A stretch of DNA of 64,000 nt from assembly GCA_963754655.1 (NCBI GenBank), contig CAVWGN010000001.1:1568001-1632000 (forward strand). Reading direction: 5' to 3'. This stretch comes from an uncultured Chlamydiae bacterium. Lineage in GTDB: Bacteria; Chlamydiota; Chlamydiia; Chlamydiales; Parachlamydiaceae. Numbering within the stretch: position 1 is the first letter of the stretch; every line of letters starts with the position of its first letter. The translations under genes and the position numbers were made by a program. This document shows positions 60,975 through 64,000 of this stretch, piece after piece. The notes beneath the pieces were generated by a model, which was given only the letters and a program-made list of their open reading frames with translations, was not told where the DNA came from and did not search any database.

Positions 60975-61081
60975 TAATAAAACCGATTAGATTCATTGGG
61001 TTTTATATTGAATTTTTATTTTTATAGACCTAAAGTGAGGAAAAGAAGAGTTAAAAAAAATAATTAGCAAAGGAGGTTTTT

Positions 61082-61507
61082 ATGTCTAACTGTAATAGTC
61101 ATTCCTGTTGTGGCGCACACAAAAGTGGGGAGTGTCAATCTCAAGAAGGTTCTTGTTCCTGCCATCAATCACAATGTGGTTGCCAAAGCACCAAAGGAAA
61201 ATGTGGATGCAGGCATTGCTGTGGAAGTCACGCAGAAAAATTTCTTGAATTGGCTGACCATGCCTGGATGGAGCTTTTAAAAGAAAAAATTAAAGAACAT
61301 ATTCAATCTCAAGCAAAAAATATGGATGAACTTGCTCGTTTAATTGCGGAAGCCAATCATGAGCGCTGGCAGAAAAAAATGGAAGATAAACAATGCTGTG
61401 GCGGTTATGAAGAGAAATTAAAGAACTTTTTTCATCAATCATGCCAAGCTGGACAAAAGAGTGTTTATCAAGGGCAGCAAGGGAATCAATCTAATAACAA
61501 ACATTAG
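61082..61507 (+). CDS. Hypothetical protein, Cys/His-rich N-terminus + helical domain
   Basis: aaggagg RBS; CNSHSCC...CSCH..CGC..CGCRHCC then LELADHAWMELLKEKIK. Confidence 0.75.
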   Translation: MSNCNSHSCCGAHKSGECQSQEGSCSCHQSQCGCQSTKGKCGCRHCCGSHAEKFLELADHAWMELLKEKIKEHIQSQAKNMDELARLIAEANHERWQKKMEDKQCCGGYEEKLKNFFHQSCQAGQKSVYQGQQGNQSNNKH

Positions 61508-61539
61508 AGTTCATCGCACATTGTTTTCTACTCCATCTG

Positions 61540-61570
61540 ACCCATCTGAATTTGCATTCAGATGGGTTTT
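61540..61570 (+). terminator. Rho-independent terminator
   Basis: acccatctgaat-ttgc-attcagatgggt followed by a T run, downstream of 61507. Confidence 0.7.
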
Positions 61571-61613
61571 GTGTTACAATAGACTAAAGTGAATTTAAAC
61601 CTCTTTAAGGAGC

Positions 61614-62114
61614 ATGAGTATGCGAAAATTTTTATATTTCAGCACTTTTTTAAGCTTAGGATTAAGTATTAATTTTTTAGTTTCTGCACAGGGCGTTTCT
61701 TCAGCCGTTTCTCGGCCAACTACAACAGACAATGCGACGCCTAAACAAGAACAAGATCAGATGCCTGCATGGATGATTGAATCTGCTCAGGTAGCCAAAG
61801 ATTATGTTGATGGCTTAGATAAAGGGCAATACGCACAAAGCTGGTCAAAAGGAGATACACTTTTTCAACATACAATTACTAAAGAAGAATGGGCAAAGGC
61901 GTTAACTGATAGTCGAAAACCCTTAGGAAAAGCCAATTCCCGAAAATTAAAAGATCAACGGCCCGCTCAGGATCCCCATGGACTTCCAAAAGGCGCTTAT
62001 ATGGTAGTTGAATATGATACGTCGTTCGATAATGCTCCAAACTCCGGAGAATTACTGACTTTACGACGAGGAACTGATGGCAAATGGCGTGTTCTCACTT
62101 ATCAAGTCAACTAA
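61614..62114 (+). CDS. DUF4019 exported protein
   Basis: Signal peptide; LDKGQYAQSW, RKPLG...SR, P.GAYMVVEYDTSF, E.LTL...DGKWRV..Y. Confidence 0.85.
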   Translation: MSMRKFLYFSTFLSLGLSINFLVSAQGVSSAVSRPTTTDNATPKQEQDQMPAWMIESAQVAKDYVDGLDKGQYAQSWSKGDTLFQHTITKEEWAKALTDSRKPLGKANSRKLKDQRPAQDPHGLPKGAYMVVEYDTSFDNAPNSGELLTLRRGTDGKWRVLTYQVN

Positions 62115-62364
62115 TACTTAGTGACATTAGTGTTTGCCTATAGGATGGTTTAAAATCCCTATTCGTCAAGTTAAGATGAGCTTAAGCAATGTGACGCATT
62201 CAGTCGCCGCACCGCTTCGCTTTGGGCTCTAGGTGAGGGTTGTGGACCCACCGTTCGGTCGCCCTCCGGGCTCCGTCACGGTAGGCTAGTAACAGTCGTC
62301 CTACGGACTCTAGGGGCAATGTAGAAAAGGTTGAATGTTAGGTAAGGCGTTTTGATAATGCCAC

Positions 62365-63499
62365 TAGTACTTTATTTTTTAAATAACTTGGTTTATAGTA
62401 TAGATAGAGAACAAGGAGGTTTATATGAAACCTGCAACTTCTATTATATTATCGCATAAAATGAAAAAAGAGTTAAATCAAATTGCTCATTCTTTTACAG
62501 CGGAAGTAAGGCTTTCACAAAGAGCAAAAATCATTTTGAAGGCGAATGAGGGTTTAATGAATATGGAAATTGCAAGTGATCTTGGCATCAGTGAAAATAG
62601 TGTATCAAAATGGCGTATGCGTTTTTCAAAAAATCCAAGTCTCGATGCTTTAAAAGATGAAAAAGGAAGAGGAAGAAAAGAAACCATTCCGATTACTTTG
62701 AAATACGAAGTCATTAAAATTGCTTGCGCACCTATACGAGAAGAGTATAAAGCGCGAGGAGAATGGCGTTGGACTTTAGATTTAATTGTCGAAGAAATAG
62801 AAAAAGAATCAGGTATTGTAATCAGCCGATCGGAAATTTGGAGCATTCTTAATAAGGCTGATATTAAGCCTCATAAGGTGAAAATGTGGCAGCATAGTCC
62901 TGATCCGGAGTTTAAAAAAAAATTAAAAAAATTGTGAGCCTGTATTTTAACAAACATACCAATGTGTGGTGTATAGATGAAAAATGTGGTGTACAAGCTA
63001 TTGAGAGAAGAAAATGGCATAAGAAAATGCGAATGAGACTAGAAACCGATTATGAAAGACATGCATGGCACAGCTAACCTGTTCGCTGCTTTTAATGTAC
63101 ATACCGGAGAAGTTATTGCAAAAGCAACTTTAAGGCGCACACAAGAGGATGTCAATCAATTTATAGAAGAATTTATGAGTAAGCAGAACGGAAAGAAATG
63201 CTATATTATTTGGGATAATTTAAATACCCATATGCCACATCACTTTAAAAAGTTTGGCAATCAAATTGAATTTGCATATACGCCAAAGCACGCTTCTTGG
63301 GTGAATCAAGCAGAAATTTGGTTTAGCATATTGCATAGAAAAACAATTAAGAGCATGAGTTTTAAAAATGTCTTCGATTTATGTTCAAAAATGATGCTTT
63401 TTGTCAGAAATTGGAATGAACAAGCTCATCCATTTAAATGGAATTTTGCAGGTTTTTCAGCAAAAACATAAAACAAGTTATTAAAAAAATAAACTACTA
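62365..63499 (+). mobile_element. IS630-family element, transposase frameshifted
   Basis: IR tagtactttattttttaaataacttggttt / aaaacaagttattaaaaaaataaactacta including TA; orfA HTH 62425-62937, A9 slippery site, CIDEK, IWDNLNTH, TPKHASWVNQAEIWF. Confidence 0.9.
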
Positions 63500-64000
63500 G
63501 GGAGCGTACCTAAAAGATTAACCATTGTATAATACAAGCGATCGTCAACATTCCTGCATAATTTTGAGCTTTCATTTCGTATCTTATTCCAATACGCCTA
63601 AATCGTTTTATAAACTGAAAAAAATTTTCTACCAAGCAACGCTCTCTGTAGATATGTTTATCATGTTCAATTAGTTCAGCTCTTGATACTTTGCTGGGTA
63701 TGACTGCTTGACTTCCCATCTTTTCTATAAAATTTCTGATTTCATTTGAGTCGTAAGCTTTATCAGCTATAACATTTTGTGGATTTTTTCCACTGAGTAA
63801 AAGCTTCATTTGAGTGCTCTCGTGTACTTGACCTTCTGTCAAGATAAAATCAATACAACGACCTAATCCATCTGTTACTGCATGAATTTTTGTGGTTGTT
63901 CCGGCCCTTGATTTTCCCATGGCTTCTTCGGCTTTTTTTTTATCCTACAAGCATCTTGATGCGCTTCAACAATTGAGCTGTCTACAGAGTAATTTTCTTC
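63500..64000 (-). mobile_element. IS5-family element, copy 3 (partial, runs off window end)
   Basis: IR gggagcgtacctaaaaga at 63500; orfB 63510-63920 near-identical to copies 1 and 2; A9 run retained. Confidence 0.93.

Overview
AT-rich bacterial chromosome segment. Gene content suggests an amoeba-associated environmental chlamydia (Parachlamydiaceae/Protochlamydia-like); this is an inference from the F-box+DUF4116 effector, Inc-like tandem membrane proteins, PPi-PFK next to an alpha/beta hydrolase, class I FbaB and TMEM14. From left to right: a beta-barrel gene, a btaA-like gene and a complete moxR-DUF58-DUF4381-batA-batB/C-batD operon; a decayed island (~10.1-15.7 kb) with nested IS5 elements, an intact AbiE type IV TA pair with an operator-like inverted repeat, and fragments of an ABC exporter, a phage terminase, a RelE-like toxin and a tRNA(CAT); a sulfur/redox cluster; an osmoprotectant ABC transporter; a glucokinase-HAD-fbaB-pfpI operon; an ~880-bp nested palindrome directly upstream of an RNA-repair operon (2H-phosphoesterase-archease fusion + RtcB); a glycan-modification locus hit by IS5, IS607/TnpB and IS3; a four-gene arginine-to-homospermidine operon; four Inc-like paralogues; sdaA-hydrolase-pfp; a large alpha/beta-hydrolase-domain protein with an apparent Cys nucleophile; oxdC, trHb and AEC genes; and IS630 abutting a third IS5 copy. 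The most notable items are the 2H-archease/RtcB operon, the giant palindrome with its dispersed relatives, and the polyamine operon. No CRISPR array, rRNA or intact tRNA was seen. All family calls come from motif recognition by eye; no searches were run.
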